Positions 1 through 13,863 of a stretch of 64,000 bases of DNA are shown here, piece after piece. The translations under genes and the position numbers were made by a program. The notes beneath the pieces were generated by a model. It was not told the origin of the DNA and did no database searches. It saw only the letters and a list, made by a program, of their open reading frames with translations. This DNA comes from Octopus vulgaris (lineage: Eukaryota). The DNA is taken from assembly GCA_951406725.2 (NCBI GenBank), contig OX597837.1, forward strand, positions 19,282,001 to 19,346,000, given 5' to 3'. Position 1 is the first letter of the stretch. Every line of letters starts with the position of its first letter.

Positions 1-50
1 TACATTATATATATATATATATATGTTACATTATATATATATATTACACA

Positions 51-96
<46 letters not shown>

Positions 97-555
97 CATA
101 TACGTATTATACATGCACATAAATACATACATACGTACAAATATACATATACATACGCACGCATACACACACATACACACACATGCATGTATACATATGC
201 AACAGTTGTGATTGTGTTGAGGGTGATGAGAAGGAAAATAGTGATGATGATTCTGCAGATGGTGGTGGTGGTGGTGGTGGTGGTGGTGGTATGTAACAAC
301 AAGGAGTGTCAGACATGAGTGGAGACGACAGTTCTGCAGGGGAGTGGTGGGGGGAGAAGAAGGGATGGGGGCCAGCGGCCAAGTGAATGGATCGTTGGAT
401 GTATGGATGGACGGGTGGATGGATGGGTGGATGGATGGGTGGATGGGCGGATAAATACATGAATGGGTGGTGGAAGGGATAGAGGGGTGGATGGGTAGTT
501 GGATTGATGAATGAATCGTAGGATGGGTAGATGGATGGGTAGATGGATCTGTTAC

Positions 556-1160
556 TTAGAACGATAAGACTGAAGGAAAAGGAGAGGAATGCGAAGAGAG
601 GATAAAAGAAAATAAAAGATAGAGAAGAGGTAAGAGATAAAAAAAAGGTAACAGAAGAAAAAGAGGTCGAAAAAGAAGAAAAAGAAAAAGAAGAGGAGCA
701 AAAAAATGAAGAAAAGACGAAAAGGAAGAAAAAGAGGAGGATGAAGAAAGTGAGGAAGAAAAAAAGAAGAAAAGAAGAAGAAAGAGTTGTGGGAGGAGGA
801 AGAGAAAATAAAGACGGTGAAGGAATAGAAGAGGACGAAGAACAAGATTATGAAGGAGAGAAAGGAAAAAGAGGAGGAAGAAAAAGATGAAGAAGAAGAA
901 GAAAAGGAAGAGGAGGAGAAGAAGAAGAAGGAGGAGAAGAAGAGTAAGAAGGAGAAGAGAAGAAGATAAGAAGAAAAAGAAGTGAGATGAAGAAGAGAGG
1001 GGAGGAGCAGAAAAAAGAGGAAGAGAAGAAGAGTAAGAAGGAGAAGAGAAGAAGATGAGAAAAAGAAGTGAGAAGAAGAAGAAGAAGAGTAAGAAGGAGA
1101 TGATGATGATGAAGAAGAAGAAGAAGAAGAAGAAGAAGAAGAAGAAGAAGAAGAAGAAGA
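556..1160. repeat. Purine-rich low-complexity tract ending in (GAA)n
   Basis: Almost pure A/G sequence, with perfect GAA repeats at about 1111-1160. Confidence 0.95.
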
Positions 1161-1346
1161 TATAGTAATGGCTGTGTGGAGATGATAGACAGGCAATGTT
1201 TATTCTGGAAAATAAACAACTCAGCAAAGTGAATCATCAATTGAAAAGATTTTTATTTATAAGTTTGTTGTCACAATTTTTCCTCTTTATCTTTGTCATC
1301 TTCTTCGCCATCTTTTTTCATTTTCTGACTTCTCTTTCATCCAATT

Positions 1347-1347
1347 C

Positions 1348-1423
<76 letters not shown>
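1347..1423. repeat. (ATT)n microsatellite
   Basis: Direct reading. Confidence 0.98.
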
Positions 1424-1424
<1 letters not shown>

Positions 1425-1425
<1 letters not shown>

Positions 1426-1640
1426 GGTTGTGAGTTGACAGAATTGTAATCGCACCGGACAAAACGGTTAGTGGCATTCCGTCCGTGTTTTCGTTCTGAG
1501 TTCAAATTCTGCAGAATTTGACTTTGCTTTTCATCCTTTCGAGGGTCGATAAATTAAGTACCAGTGAAACACTGGGGTCAATGCAATCGACTCGTCTCCT
1601 CCTCCAAAATTTCAGACCTTGTGCCTTTAGGAAAAAGGAT
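1425..1640 (+). mobile_element. SINE family A (tRNA-like head), diverged copy
   Basis: Matches the recurrent motif GAGTTCAAATT...GACTTTGCCTTTCATCCTTTCGGGGTCGATAAATTAAGTACCAG found more than 10 times in the window. Confidence 0.85.
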
Positions 1641-1650
1641 TATTATTATT

Positions 1651-1885
1651 TATTATTCTTTGTATTTGAACAAGTTGACTCCAAGTCTGACCCAGAGACC
1701 TCAAGAGACAACAAGTTAGAAGTTCATGTTGGTGTTATGCCTAGGGTGTCATATATTTGGTTTTGTACATAATGTTGTTCCAGAAAATGTTTATGAAAAC
1801 ATAAATTATGAGTTTGTTATAAAATTTGAGATTACATAAACAGTATTTTACGTAGGATATGGGCAGTTCCCATGAGCACTATTAT
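1651..1885 (-). mobile_element. 3' end of an R4/Dong-like non-LTR retrotransposon
   Basis: Minus strand encodes IVLMGTAHILRKILFM*, resembling the GTAHILRKVL C-terminus of R4-clade RLE proteins; followed by a 3' UTR ending in (TAA)n. Confidence 0.7.
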
Positions 1886-2024
1886 TGTTATTATTAATAT
1901 TGCTGCAGTTGTTGTTGGTGAAGTGTCCCAAATCGTAAAAACCGTAATTAAACTAGTTTTTGTTGAATAATTCAACGGAGATTGGTCCGAAATCTGTGAG
2001 ACAGTTATCGTCAAAAGGTCCACA

Positions 2025-2630
2025 GCAGAGGCAGTTACGAAAGCTGTAAAGACAAAAGACCCAGGAAAACTGACGAAAGTAATCTTGTTTCACCAGGCAA
2101 TGCCCTTGCACACAAGTCCTTGGTTTCAATGGCTGCTGTGCGTGACTGTGGCTTTAAACTGCTTGATCACCCTCTCTATCCAGACATGGCCCCATCTTAT
2201 TTCTTTATTGCCCACAAGGGGCTAAACATAGAGGGGACAAACAAGGACAGACAAAGAGATTAAGTCGATTACATCGATCCCAGTGCGTAAGTGGTACTTA
2301 TTTAATTGACCCCGAAAAGATGAAAGGCAAAGTCGACTTCGGCGGAATTTTAACTCAGAACGTAACGGCAGACGAAATACTGCTAAGCATTTCGCCCGGC
2401 CTGCTAACGTTTCTGCCAGCTCGCCGCTGACTAGCATCTGTTTCCCTGCATGAAAAAACTCCTTGCTGAGAACTGGTATCGCAATGACGATGATGTTATT
2501 GTTGTTGATGAGTATTTTGAAAAACGGGATGAAAACCTCTTCACCAACGTTAGAGAAGAAATGTTTGGACTGCAAGGGGACTATAATATATCTCATTGCA
2601 TGAAACTATCTCTTGTTCAGCAGACCCTCG
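2025..2630 (+). mobile_element. Decayed mariner transposon 3' half, interrupted by a SINE
   Basis: Translates to ILFHQ..AHKSLVSMAAVRDCGFKLLDHPLY.PDMAPS, then D*HLFPCMKKLL..DDDV after the SINE; ends CCCTCG-TA. Confidence 0.85.
2197..2428 (-). mobile_element. SINE family A, full length, inserted in the mariner
   Basis: Reverse complement of the 13864-14094 copy; splits the PDMAPS/D motif. Confidence 0.95.
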
Positions 2631-2639
2631 TAGTCAAGT

Positions 2640-2830
2640 ATTGTCAGTCTGTCTGTGAAACTGATATTACCTGCAGATGTGCACGATATGCTCGATGACA
2701 AAATGATTGCAGAGCACCATGTTATGAATTTTTTTGCTGAAGAATACAATACAGCGCAACGCTCGGCCGGGGAATCGAAACTATAATCTCGCAATCGTGA
2801 GTGTAACACCCTAACCACTAAGCCATGTTC
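2640..2830 (-). mobile_element. SINE family C (tRNA-like head TAGTGGTTAGGGTGTT)
   Basis: Homologous to 29381-29660 and 54955-55150. Confidence 0.7.
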
Positions 2831-2864
2831 CACACACACATATGTATGTATATATATGTATATA

Positions 2865-3722
2865 CAGGGGGCGGTGAATAAACTGTGTCTAAATTATGCA
2901 AAAATGAAAATAACACTGACATCTCATTTTAACAGTTACATAAAAATATCTTGAAATACTAAAGAGTAAATTTATTCAATAAAATCGCAATTGGCTTCAA
3001 CTTCGGCTTCCAGATGACTTCGGAATTTCCTGCAACTCTTCTGCATGGAATCCCTGTTTAAGTTGGGGAATACTGCCATAATATTTACCTTCAGTTCATC
3101 TTTGACGTTACAAGGAGTTTTGTTGGTTTCTCGCTCAGCTGCGCTTCACACATAATAATCAAGGGAGTTTGCAGTCTGGTGAGTTAGGTGGTCAAATGTT
3201 AGGAGTGATTTAGTCGCAGAAATTTTCTGACAGTCATGACTGGGTTCTCCTGCTTGTGTGTCATGGTGCAGAGTTCTCTTGCCAGACAGGGTCTTCCAGC
3301 AGCCACCCTCTTGACCCACGGCAGCACTAACTCCACCTGGCACTTGATGTAGGCCTCCGTATTGAGGCTGATGCCGTGTGGGAAGATGAATGGAGGCATA
3401 ACTTCCCCATCACTACTGATTAATCCAAACACCATGATGTTGACTGGATTGTTTGATTTTTATCACTCTCGGTACATGTCCTCAGATTGACACCCAAACA
3501 CTCTGAAATGTTCGTATTGGAGCTTCTGGCGCTAATTTCAAGCCCTACAGCATATCGTTTCCAAATTTCTGGCAGAGTAAATTGCGTGATGGTGGCATTT
3601 TTCACACAGATGGTGCCCAACTGCCCCTACTATACTGTGTAGTAGAAAAAGTCAAAAACAAACAATGCGCATACGCGAAATTAAAAATATAAAAATGCTG
3701 ACAATTTACCCATCGCACCCTG
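2865..3722 (-). mobile_element. Internally deleted Tc1/mariner-superfamily element (maT/DD37D-like)
   Basis: TA-flanked imperfect TIRs (CAGGGGGCGGTGAATAAACTGT / ACAATTTACCCATCGCACCCTG); transposase remnants MVFGLISSDGEVMPPFIFPHG and NSLDYYV. Confidence 0.9.
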
Positions 3723-3744
3723 TATATATATACATATATATATA

Positions 3745-3934
3745 TTCGACCACTAGCCACTAAACTTTTTTTATTCTCTCTCTGTTTATTTTCTCATGTC
3801 CCTTTCTGTTGAAGAGCGTAGGCTGGAAACGTAAAAGACTTTCTCACCTTTCCGAGCGTTAAACTAATACACCTGTTTGTTGTTTACACACCTGTCTTCG
3901 TCTTTTCTTTTTTGTTTTTTGGTTTGTAAATTCC

Positions 3935-3935
<1 letters not shown>
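3745..3935 (+). mobile_element. Penelope pseudo-LTR-like fragment with minimal hammerhead variant (3802-3837)
   Basis: CTTT-CTGTTGA-AGAGCGTAGGCTG-GAAA-CG-TA-AAAG; homologous to 18940-19160 and 57450-57630. Confidence 0.65.
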
Positions 3936-4018
<83 letters not shown>

Positions 4019-4139
4019 GTTGTATTTCAGGATGATCATTTTATTTATTTATTTTTTTTTTGCCAAATAAACACGCGCCATATATATTTTTTCATCACTC
4101 GTTTGTTACTTTTATATTATTATTGTAATGTTCGTTGCA

Positions 4140-4400
4140 TCGGGGTCATGTGATGCAACGAATATCATATCGGGGAAACAAAAACGAAACTACCTAACCG
4201 TGAAAATGTGCACAGACATCAATAAAACAACCCGCACTTAGATGCATACCATTTAGCAATCATTTGGACATCTGTGCACAAGGAAAATTTACAATTTTAC
4301 AATTTTCTCTCCATGAAATAAATGAAGAGAACGACCTTCTCAGGAAGGCAAAAGAAGAATATTTTATAATATTTCTGAGTTCGAAACTAAATCGGAAATA
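4140..4400 (+). pseudogene. GIY-YIG endonuclease remnant of a Penelope-like element
   Basis: CNEYHIGETKTKLPNRENVHR / QPALRCIPFSNHLDICAQGKFTI / LRKAKEEYFIIFLSSKLN, with frameshifts. Confidence 0.8.
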
Positions 4401-4863
4401 GTCAACACCAATTTTACTGAAAACAACTTCCACTAAAAGTAATAACACGTGCATGAAAGCGTTAAGAACTGAAAGCGCAGCAAAGCCGACGCACATTCTC
4501 CTCATTTTATCATACACATCTTTTCTCTTTTCTTTCCTCTCTATCTACTTAATACTACCACTACATTATCAAATTTTCATTCACACCACAGGAAACATTT
4601 GAATGGACAGCACACGGAATCTACGTCTCCATACTTTCCCTTTGTAATGACAAAATATGAATTCCTATCGGAATTTACATACCACGGACAAGAAGCATTT
4701 CCACCACCTCTAGATAATAGAGCTACAGCTATAAGATCCTACATATATTTTTATTTTTACTTTTATTCTCTTATTTTCCTTTATGTTTCTTATTTCCATC
4801 CTTTTCCATAATAACTCCTTATATTGAACTCTACTATTTCCCTCCATTTAACCGCCTCACATC

Positions 4864-4911
4864 GTCTCTGATGAAGGGATATCCCTAATATCCCAGAAAC
4901 AGCTGTAAGAC
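4864..4911 (+). ncRNA. Type I hammerhead ribozyme with palindromic helix III
   Basis: GTCT-CTGATGA-A-GGGATAT(ccct a)ATATCCC-A-GAAA-CAGCTG-TA-AGAC; helices I and II pair, helix III is a palindrome; lies downstream of the GIY-YIG remnant. Confidence 0.85.
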
Positions 4912-4990
4912 TAAGTCTCTCTATATAAATGTCCTGAAAATTCCATATAGCCTTGGCTTTGTTGTCTCATTTCATTTAACGCACACACAC

Positions 4991-5087
<97 letters not shown>

Positions 5088-5088
5088 C
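4991..5088. repeat. (ATCT)n microsatellite
   Basis: Direct reading. Confidence 0.98.
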
Positions 5089-5672
5089 ACACACACACAT
5101 ATATATGTGTGTGTTTGTATGTATTTATGTATATATGTGTGTATCTGTATGTATAAATATATGTGAGTGTGTGTGTACACTTGAATATATTTACATGCAT
5201 ATGTATAGATATATGTTTGTACGCACGCGCACACATACACACACACGCACACATATATAGTATGTAGCTTTTAAGCAACTGACCCCGAATGTGAAGATCT
5301 GCAAACAGATGGCAGTAACGAAAACATAGGAACCCAAAATTTCAGGATTGCTTGTTCGGATTCGGCCCGGAATGTTTTCAATTTACTCATGGGGTTATAA
5401 AAATTGTTATCATACAAAAAAAAAAAAAAAAGTCGCAAAATTCCCGTAAAAAAATCGCCGAAAACAATTACAGTAATGAAAACTTGGTAATCCCAAATTT
5501 CAGGATTGTTTATCCGGATTCGGCCTGGAATACTTTTAATTTACTGACAGAGTCAGCTTGATTCCAAAATGGTATGATATGTTGGGCTACGACCTCTAGG
5601 AGTAATGTTGAAAAAGTGTAACACACTGACACACTGACATTCACATTTAATATATTATATTATAGTTTATTA

Positions 5673-6075
5673 AGGGAGCGAGCTGGCAGAAACGTTAGCA
5701 CACCGGGCGAAATGCGTCGCCGTATTTCGTCTGCCGTTACGTTCTGAGTTCAAATTCCGTCGAGGTCGACTTTGCCTTTCATCCTTTCGGGGTCGATAAA
5801 TTAAGTACCAGTTACACACTGAGGTCGATGTAATCGACTTAATCCCTTTGTCTATCCTTGTTTGTCCTCTCTGTGTTTAGCCCCTTGTGGGTGGTAAAGA
5901 AATAGGTATTTCGTCTGCCGTTACGTTCTGAGTTCAAATTCCGTCGAGGTCGACTTTGCCTTTCATCCTTTCGGGGTCGATAAAATTAGTATCCGTTAAG
6001 TACTAGGGTGGATGTAATTGACTTAATCCCTTCCCCCAAAATTTGAGGCCTTGTGCTTCCAGTAGAAAGGATTTA
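5673..6075 (+). mobile_element. SINE family A nested or tandem double copy
   Basis: Full copy followed at 5906 by a second copy starting at the internal GGTATTTCGTCTGCC. Confidence 0.9.
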
Positions 6076-6181
6076 TTAAAGTTGAAAATATGTGACACAC
6101 TGACATTCACATTTATTATATTAGTTATGTTTAATTTTGGGGAATTTTTTTTTCAAATAAAGTGTATTATATATATATATA

Positions 6182-6237
<56 letters not shown>

Positions 6238-6662
6238 AGTGTGTGTGTGTGTATATGTATTAAAGAAAACAAAAAATAAAACAAAAATGACAGTGTTCAG
6301 TATGCTGGTGACAGGAATTTCTGTCAAAGAGACATGGTTAAACAAAGTTGTACATCATCTCCCTTTTTCTCTCACATACCCACTCCTTCTCTCTCTTTTA
6401 TTATTACTCCCACTGCCACCATCAATTCTACTACTTTTAAGAAAACATCAACTCTCCCTAAATTTCTTGGTCTCTCTTTCTCTCCCTCTCTTTTTGTTTT
6501 CTCTCTCTCTCCCTCTCTCTCTGTCTTCGCTACCGTCCTCATCGTCTGTATGCTTACTATTACTCTCATCCCATCATGAGGAATAGAAGGAATGTCATTG
6601 AATAGTGAGAGAAGGGGTCTAAGTGTGAAACATTGACACACAGAAATTAGTTTTCTCATTTA

Positions 6663-6748
<86 letters not shown>

Positions 6749-6779
6749 GAGATCAAATTACTTGCTATGGATATCTCCG

Positions 6780-6822
<43 letters not shown>

Positions 6823-7684
6823 TATATTTATATATACATATATATGCATAAAAGTATATTTCGCATAAAACAGATGTAATTCTTTTTACCTGGTCATCTT
6901 GAAGCGTTGCTGTAACTTCTACCCCTTTGACAATGAGGCTGATCATACACAACCGGTCGAGTGAACAAGCTTCGTGTTTGCACAGTTACAGCTGGGAGCG
7001 GATTTTTGATGATGCTTACGCATGATAATGGTTATCATATTGGGGCAGCAGCACTATAATATTTTAATGAAGCGTCTGTTAAAAATCTTCCTTTATATGG
7101 TTTACTGGTAAATGCTTATCTAAAACAGACAGGAATTTCTAGCCTGCGTTAGTTTTAACATTTAGAGAAGGTGTGTGTGTGTGTGTGTGCATGAGAGAGA
7201 GAGAGTGCGTGTGTGTGTTTGTGTGGGGGTGGATGATATTATTTTCCTTTGTGTATTTTTAGGTCTATTTTAGGTCTAAAACCTTCTCAGTTTTTATCGT
7301 GATTTCTCGTATGCCATCGTCATCATGACTTTCATATAGAACAGACCAGGTGCTCCGAGCCAGAGGACTGCTTGGAGACATAATGACATGTTATGCAACC
7401 TGCCTAGACACGTGTCTTCAGCGCAAAAAAAATCTATTAGCATTTCGTATCTTTATTCAGTGGGCATTAAATGATATCTCTCACTGGATTGAATACATTT
7501 TATTGATTTTACCTTAACAGAACACATGCGTACATATACATTTATATACATACATTCGCACACACATACATACATACATACATACATACATACATACATA
7601 CATACATACATACATACATACATACATACATACGTACATTACGTACGTACGTACATACATACATACATATAAATATATATATAT

Positions 7685-7756
<72 letters not shown>

Positions 7757-8308
7757 CATATATACATATACGTATATATGTAATATATACGTACACGTTA
7801 GTTTGATCTTCGTCTGAATGTCGCAGTGACGTGATACTCAAGTCGTGAGACAAATATATTCATTATAAATATGTATGTGTGTATGTATATATGTATGTAT
7901 ATATATATATATGTGTGTATATATATATATATCATTATATATATATATATATATACTGTATTTGCATATATGTTAATATATGTATATATATAAGTGTGTG
8001 TGTGTGCGCGCGCATGTGCGTCTGTGCATGATGTAACCAAGAGCGAACATTCAGTGGAGTGGAACACTTTAATGATACCTTGCTGATCTTGATGTTGAAG
8101 GCGCGCGTGCGCGCACACACACACACACACATACACACACACACGAACGAAAATATGCAAATTTCTGTTTCTCTGTCTGACTCTTCTCTATCTTTCTCTC
8201 TAAGTACAAATGTATGTGTGTATATGTGTCTATGTATGTATATGTGTATGTTTTTTGTGCTTGTATACGTATATATTTATCTATATATGTGTCCATATAT
8301 TTTTTCCA

Positions 8309-9530
8309 AACAACTTGCAGATGCAAGTGCTACCAGTTGAAAGCTCTGCATACCAGGTGCTAGCAAGTTTATGGGGTCATTAGGAGAGAATGCGTGCCGT
8401 TTTGCGGCCTACCTCTCAACGGATTCATTGCGCACCGGCCCCCTTGAAGTGAGGCTTCACTTGTAGGTCAACTGGTTATCATGTACAGCTCAATATTCTT
8501 CTAGACATTGCTCATTGTCTCTTTTTAACCGAATACAGTGGTTTGCCTTTTCCACTGTTGTTTGGATATCACTCATGGTGATATTTGCTTCACGATGAGT
8601 CAGGCCTAACGACAACAGTCACCTCGCATCTACATCCAACTTCGATCGGAAAATGCTCTGCTTTCCAGCTTGCATCTTCACATTCCTCGAGGAGGTTTAC
8701 ATAACAGTCAATCTTTCGAGCCCGAGTGGCGTCCATGTTATCTCCATGAGGAACCGTTAACTCGACTAGATTTACTACTTTCTTTCTTTCACACCATATT
8801 ATGATATCCAGTTTCTTCGTAACTGGAATGGGAAAGAAACCTTGGCACTCTGGTAAATCTGCAGCCGTTCCACTTTTCATTGCTCACAGGAGGTTTCTTC
8901 TTCAAATTGATCTGCTGTCCTGAGCGTACTAACGTAATGAAATCTCTGGTTGGTTCTTTCAATGTTTTTTTTTGCCACTGTTGATGCGAGCAATTTGGTT
9001 CTATAGAACGTTGAAGATAACCTTAAGGACCAAATTGTGTTTCCATGTATATCTATTCATGGAAAGAATATGTTTCAGTGTTCCGACATTTTCGCATCTG
9101 CATATTTCATTTTCTGATACGATGCCATCTTACTAGGTTTGTAGGCGATGGTAAGACATTGCAGGATGAACAAATCAGAAAATTAAGATCTGATGTAGAC
9201 TAATTGTATATTTCATTTCAACTTATTTTTCTCTCAACAGCATTTTCCTCCCGTTTTATCATCTGCCTTTGTTGAGAGAATTGGATGAAATAAAACTATC
9301 TTCTCTCTGTTTCCCTTTCTTTGACGCTGTTGCCAACAACAAATCTGCGTTCGCTCAGCATCTTGCTTGCAAACAGTCTGAACCGATTTGTGCCTGATCC
9401 AAGTCCCTTCCGATGAATTTGCGTTGCACCCACCATATCTCGATGTCCAAGTGAAGACAAGATGTCATCTGTCTCTGCTTCTGCTTTCCATTTCCTGTTA
9501 GAGGAAGTTAAAGACAACAGAGTTAAATAT
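8309..9530 (-). mobile_element. HERO/NeSL-like RLE non-LTR retrotransposon, 5'-truncated and decayed
   Basis: RKWKAEAETDDILSSLGHRDMVG..GLG; RYTWKHNLVLKVI; LDIIIW..VNLVELTVPHGDN..HFPIEVGCR (RLE domain); 3' UTR shared with 61495-61923. Confidence 0.85.
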
Positions 9531-9554
9531 CTGCTCCTTAAATACACTTTCCTT

Positions 9555-9700
9555 TTATCACCTTTGATGACCATAAGCTTAGTTTTCGCGGCTGCTTTCG
9601 CGGATTCCCATGACTCTCTGTCGCCATCCAATTCCGTTATTGCAAATTTGAATTGGAAACGTGAGTCGTGAATCTTTCATCAGTTGATTACACAAGCATT
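9555..9700 (-). mobile_element. Possible RTE-type LINE 3' tail fragment
   Basis: MDGDRESW resembles the M.DR..W C-terminus of RTE ORFs. Confidence 0.35.
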
Positions 9701-10569
9701 AACGCTGCCCCTAGAGTGCGATGCAGTCACTCTCTTGATAAAGATTGGTGATCTTGACCGTTGATCTTCTAGGATTCCTCCACTCAGCGTCAATGTAAGA
9801 AGCACCATTGGTCCAGTTGAGCTCTTCTGTTACCTATTCACAATCCGCCATGCTGCAGTCCCATGACTTTTTCCGTATCCCTGACAGGGTGGTTGAACAC
9901 GTGGTCTGTCTTGCCTAAGAGTAACCTGTAACTATGCAGGGTACGGTCGCTACTCCGTGAGGCATTTTCAAGGTACTCGCATACTCATAGTTTTCGCAAT
10001 AGCCCTAAATGAAGACTTATTAATCCAGCAAAAAACTGAGATAGGAATTATTAGTTAGAATATATTCAGTTTCACATAAAAAATGTTAAAGCGTTTTTCT
10101 TATGGGATAACAGTTAATATCGAATGGTTTGAAATATTAATGACAAATGCAGGTTCACTTTATTCAATACTGTTAATTTAATCAACAAGAAAACCAGTTA
10201 TTCCTAAAATCTTTAATATTTGCAAAGAACCGTCTTACAAACAAGTGATTAGGACATTAATATCTTGTTACATATGAGGAAATATATGCTTTTGTTCTCT
10301 GAAAATTCGATAGTGGTCAAGAAAAGCGACGTTGAGTTGGGTGAATTTATAGGAGGTGTCAGTTTTTCGGAATATGGACGGCTACAAATTAGATAAATTA
10401 GAATTAATAAGATTCTTCAGTGGAGCGAGCTTAAAATAGAAATTAACATATGCTAAATTCTCAAGATGTTCTTTTAGACCTAAGACTAGAAATCAATCTA
10501 TATTAGCAAATGCCATAAACATTCACCTTTCATTGTTCAGGATTTAGTCTCCAATATAATAAGAGTATA

Positions 10570-10805
10570 AGGTGGCGAGCTGGCAGAATCGTTAGCACGC
10601 CGGACAAAATGCTAGCAGTTGTTCATCCATCGTTACATTCTGAATTCGAGTTCCGCCGAGGTCGACTTAATCTTCCATCCTTTTGGAATCAATAAAATAA
10701 ATACCAGTTGAGTTAATAAAATAAATACCAGTTGAGGGGTCGATGTAATCAACTTAACCCCTCCCCCGAACTTTCTGGCTTTGTGCCAAAATTTGAAACC
10801 AATAT
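10570..10805 (+). mobile_element. SINE family A with an internal duplication of about 24 bp
   Basis: Family motif; AATAAAATAAATACCAGTTGAG occurs twice. Confidence 0.9.
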
Positions 10806-11255
10806 TAAAAGATTATCTCATTCACATCAACAGATGAAGCCACCTTAAACCCTACCTCATCCTCCTACAGTAAGGTGCTCCTCTTCAGTGGTTTTTTCAG
10901 ACTGAATCCATATACAGTTAATTCTGTGGGTCAAAAAGTAGAAGTACGAATATTATCGGAAAAATGGTTTGGTTTAAAACAGCTTTCAGTCTTAATGTAA
11001 AAATTAAACGAGTGAGAAGATTCCTTAATGTAACATCTTATAGAATCCTTAACAGAATGCAATTATAAGGTTTCCTAAAAGATTTTAATTGCTATGAAGT
11101 CAGAAACTCTCGATGGTTATTGTTAGTGAAAGGGAAAGTGTGCAGCATAAAAGTACAAACTGACATTAGTACCTTGTACAAAATGTGGACTAAGCTAAGG
11201 GAAGTATACTGAAAAGTCGACTTCAAATGCCTATGAATGCACGTAAGCATGCATA

Positions 11256-11390
11256 TAGGCGTAAGCGGGACTGTGTTCTAACAAGTTTGCTTCCCAACAG
11301 CATGGTTCCGGGTTCAGTCTTCTACAATAGCCCTGGGTCCACTGAAGCCCTGTGGGTGGTTTGGTAGACAGAAACTGCAAGAAGACCGTC

Positions 11391-11423
<33 letters not shown>

Positions 11424-11680
11424 TATATATGTGTGTGTACGTATGCCTATATATACATCTCTCTCTCTATATATATTTATGTATTTATGTGTGTGTGCGC
11501 GTGCACGTGTGTCTGTCTCCATCAGTATTTGACATACGGTGTTTGTTGGTTTATGTTCTGTAACATGGTGGTTCGGCAAACAAGACAATAGAATAAGCAG
11601 CAGACTTAAAGTTCAACTAAACACTTCAAGGCGCTACCCCAGCTTGGCCACAGCCCTCTGACTGGAACAAGTAAAAAGTA
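11256..11680 (+). mobile_element. SINE family B (tRNA-like head, CORE-like ACCTTGGGCAAGT segment, internal microsatellite), diverged
   Basis: Homologous to 11696-12085. Confidence 0.8.
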
Positions 11681-11695
11681 GATATGTACATACAT

Positions 11696-12085
11696 AGGCA
11701 CAGCCGTGTGGTAAGTAGCTTGCTTCCCAGCCACATGGTTCCGGGTTCATTTCGACTGCGTGACACCTTGGGTAAGTGTCTTCTACTATAGCCTCGGGCC
11801 GACCAAATCCTTGTAAGTGGATTTGGTAGACGGAAACTGAAAGAAGCCTGTTGTATATATATATATATATATTTGTGTGCCCGTGTTTGTCCCCCCATCA
11901 TTGCTTGACAACCGATGTTGGTGTGTTTACGTCTCCGTAACCAAGCGGTTCTGTATAAAAGTGACAAATAGAATAAGTACTAATCTTACTAAGAATAAGT
12001 TCTGGGGCCGATTTGTTCGACTAAAGTCGGTGCTCCAGCATGGCTGCAGTCAAATATCTGAAATAAGTAGAAGAAAAGAATAAAA
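11696..12085 (+). mobile_element. SINE family B, full length
   Basis: GTGTGGTAAGTAGCTTGCTTCCC..GGTTC..ACCTTGGGTAAGTGTCTTCTACT..(TA)n..CTGAAATAAGTA. Confidence 0.9.
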
Positions 12086-12404
12086 GAAAATACCGATCGT
12101 CAGTCAGACAGTCAGACAGTCAGACACAGAGACTGCGTGTCTACGAAGTAAAGATGTAGAACTAAACTATGCAGTAAAGCAGCCATTGAGAAGCACATGT
12201 ACACTAAACGCATATACGAAGCCGTATATGCAGACATATATACATTCACACACGCAGACAACATCATATCCAAGCACTTACATAAAATATATTTATATTG
12301 TAATGATGTAAAAAGAAGAGCTCAACAGAGTAGAGAGGCATGTGCGTGCGAACAAATGCGCATGCTCACACACCACACATTTACACATACGTATACAACC
12401 ACCG

Positions 12405-12471
<67 letters not shown>

Positions 12472-13041
12472 CATACATATATACATACATACATATATGC
12501 ATATATAAATATATTACACTCATATCTATCCGTATATATGCACGTATATACCCATATATACGGACAATCTTATGTATATACATGTATATATATATATATA
12601 TATATACATATATACATATAAACACAAATATAGACAATCATATACATATGCCTGTGTGTATATATATATATATATACATACACCCATACACACATACACA
12701 CATATGCACACATGTATACACTTATTTTATATGCACATGGTACAAATTCTAGAATATATGCATATGAACACATGTACAGACGCATATATCTGCGATATCT
12801 ACTGATGCGTGAAGACATGGTGGACATATACATACATACATCCATACATAGAGATGCATATACATATATTTATATACATATGGTAGAGCAACGAAGCCTT
12901 GGAGACGTAGAGACACACAATAGAGTCAGTGATACTCACCCACACATGCTAATCATGCATATTCATATACTCACACATTCATCCATCCATACAGAAATAC
13001 ACGCATGTGTACACGGTTGGAGCGCAGCGACACACAAACAC

Positions 13042-13385
<344 letters not shown>

Positions 13386-13863
13386 AGCAAACTATATAAT
13401 TACAGTTTACTGTTTCTTAATTGTAGACAGGAATTAGAACGTTGATTGTAATTAACCGGCGTACCTTCGCCACTATCACCAATGAGACCACCATCACCAC
13501 CGCCGCCGCCGCCTTCAATAACATCTACACCATCATTATTACAAATATTACCACCGTCAACATCGTTACCACCGGTAAGACGACCACCACTGCCAGCATC
13601 ATCTTCGTCAGCGTTGCCCTTGACAACACCATCACTACCAATACCATTTATTATTGCCATCACCACAAATTCCACCAGAGTTACAACTGACACTACCACC
13701 GCCACAGCCGCCGCTACCGTCTACATCACCAATTCCGTACCCGTACCCGTACCTGCCACCACTGTTCTTCATAAGAGCCCATCACTGGCAAAACCGCCAA
13801 TACCATCTTTATGACAATCATCACCTACACTGTTACCACCAACGGTATTACTGACAACAGTAA

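Noticed and set aside
11696-11770. tRNA genes at SINE heads
   Set aside because: A/B-box-like motifs run straight into SINE bodies and no complete cloverleaf is evident
13442-13854. Pro/Thr-rich mucin-like ORFs
   Set aside because: Degenerate (ACC/ATC)n low complexity; similar tracts occur at 28490, 36070 and 62910
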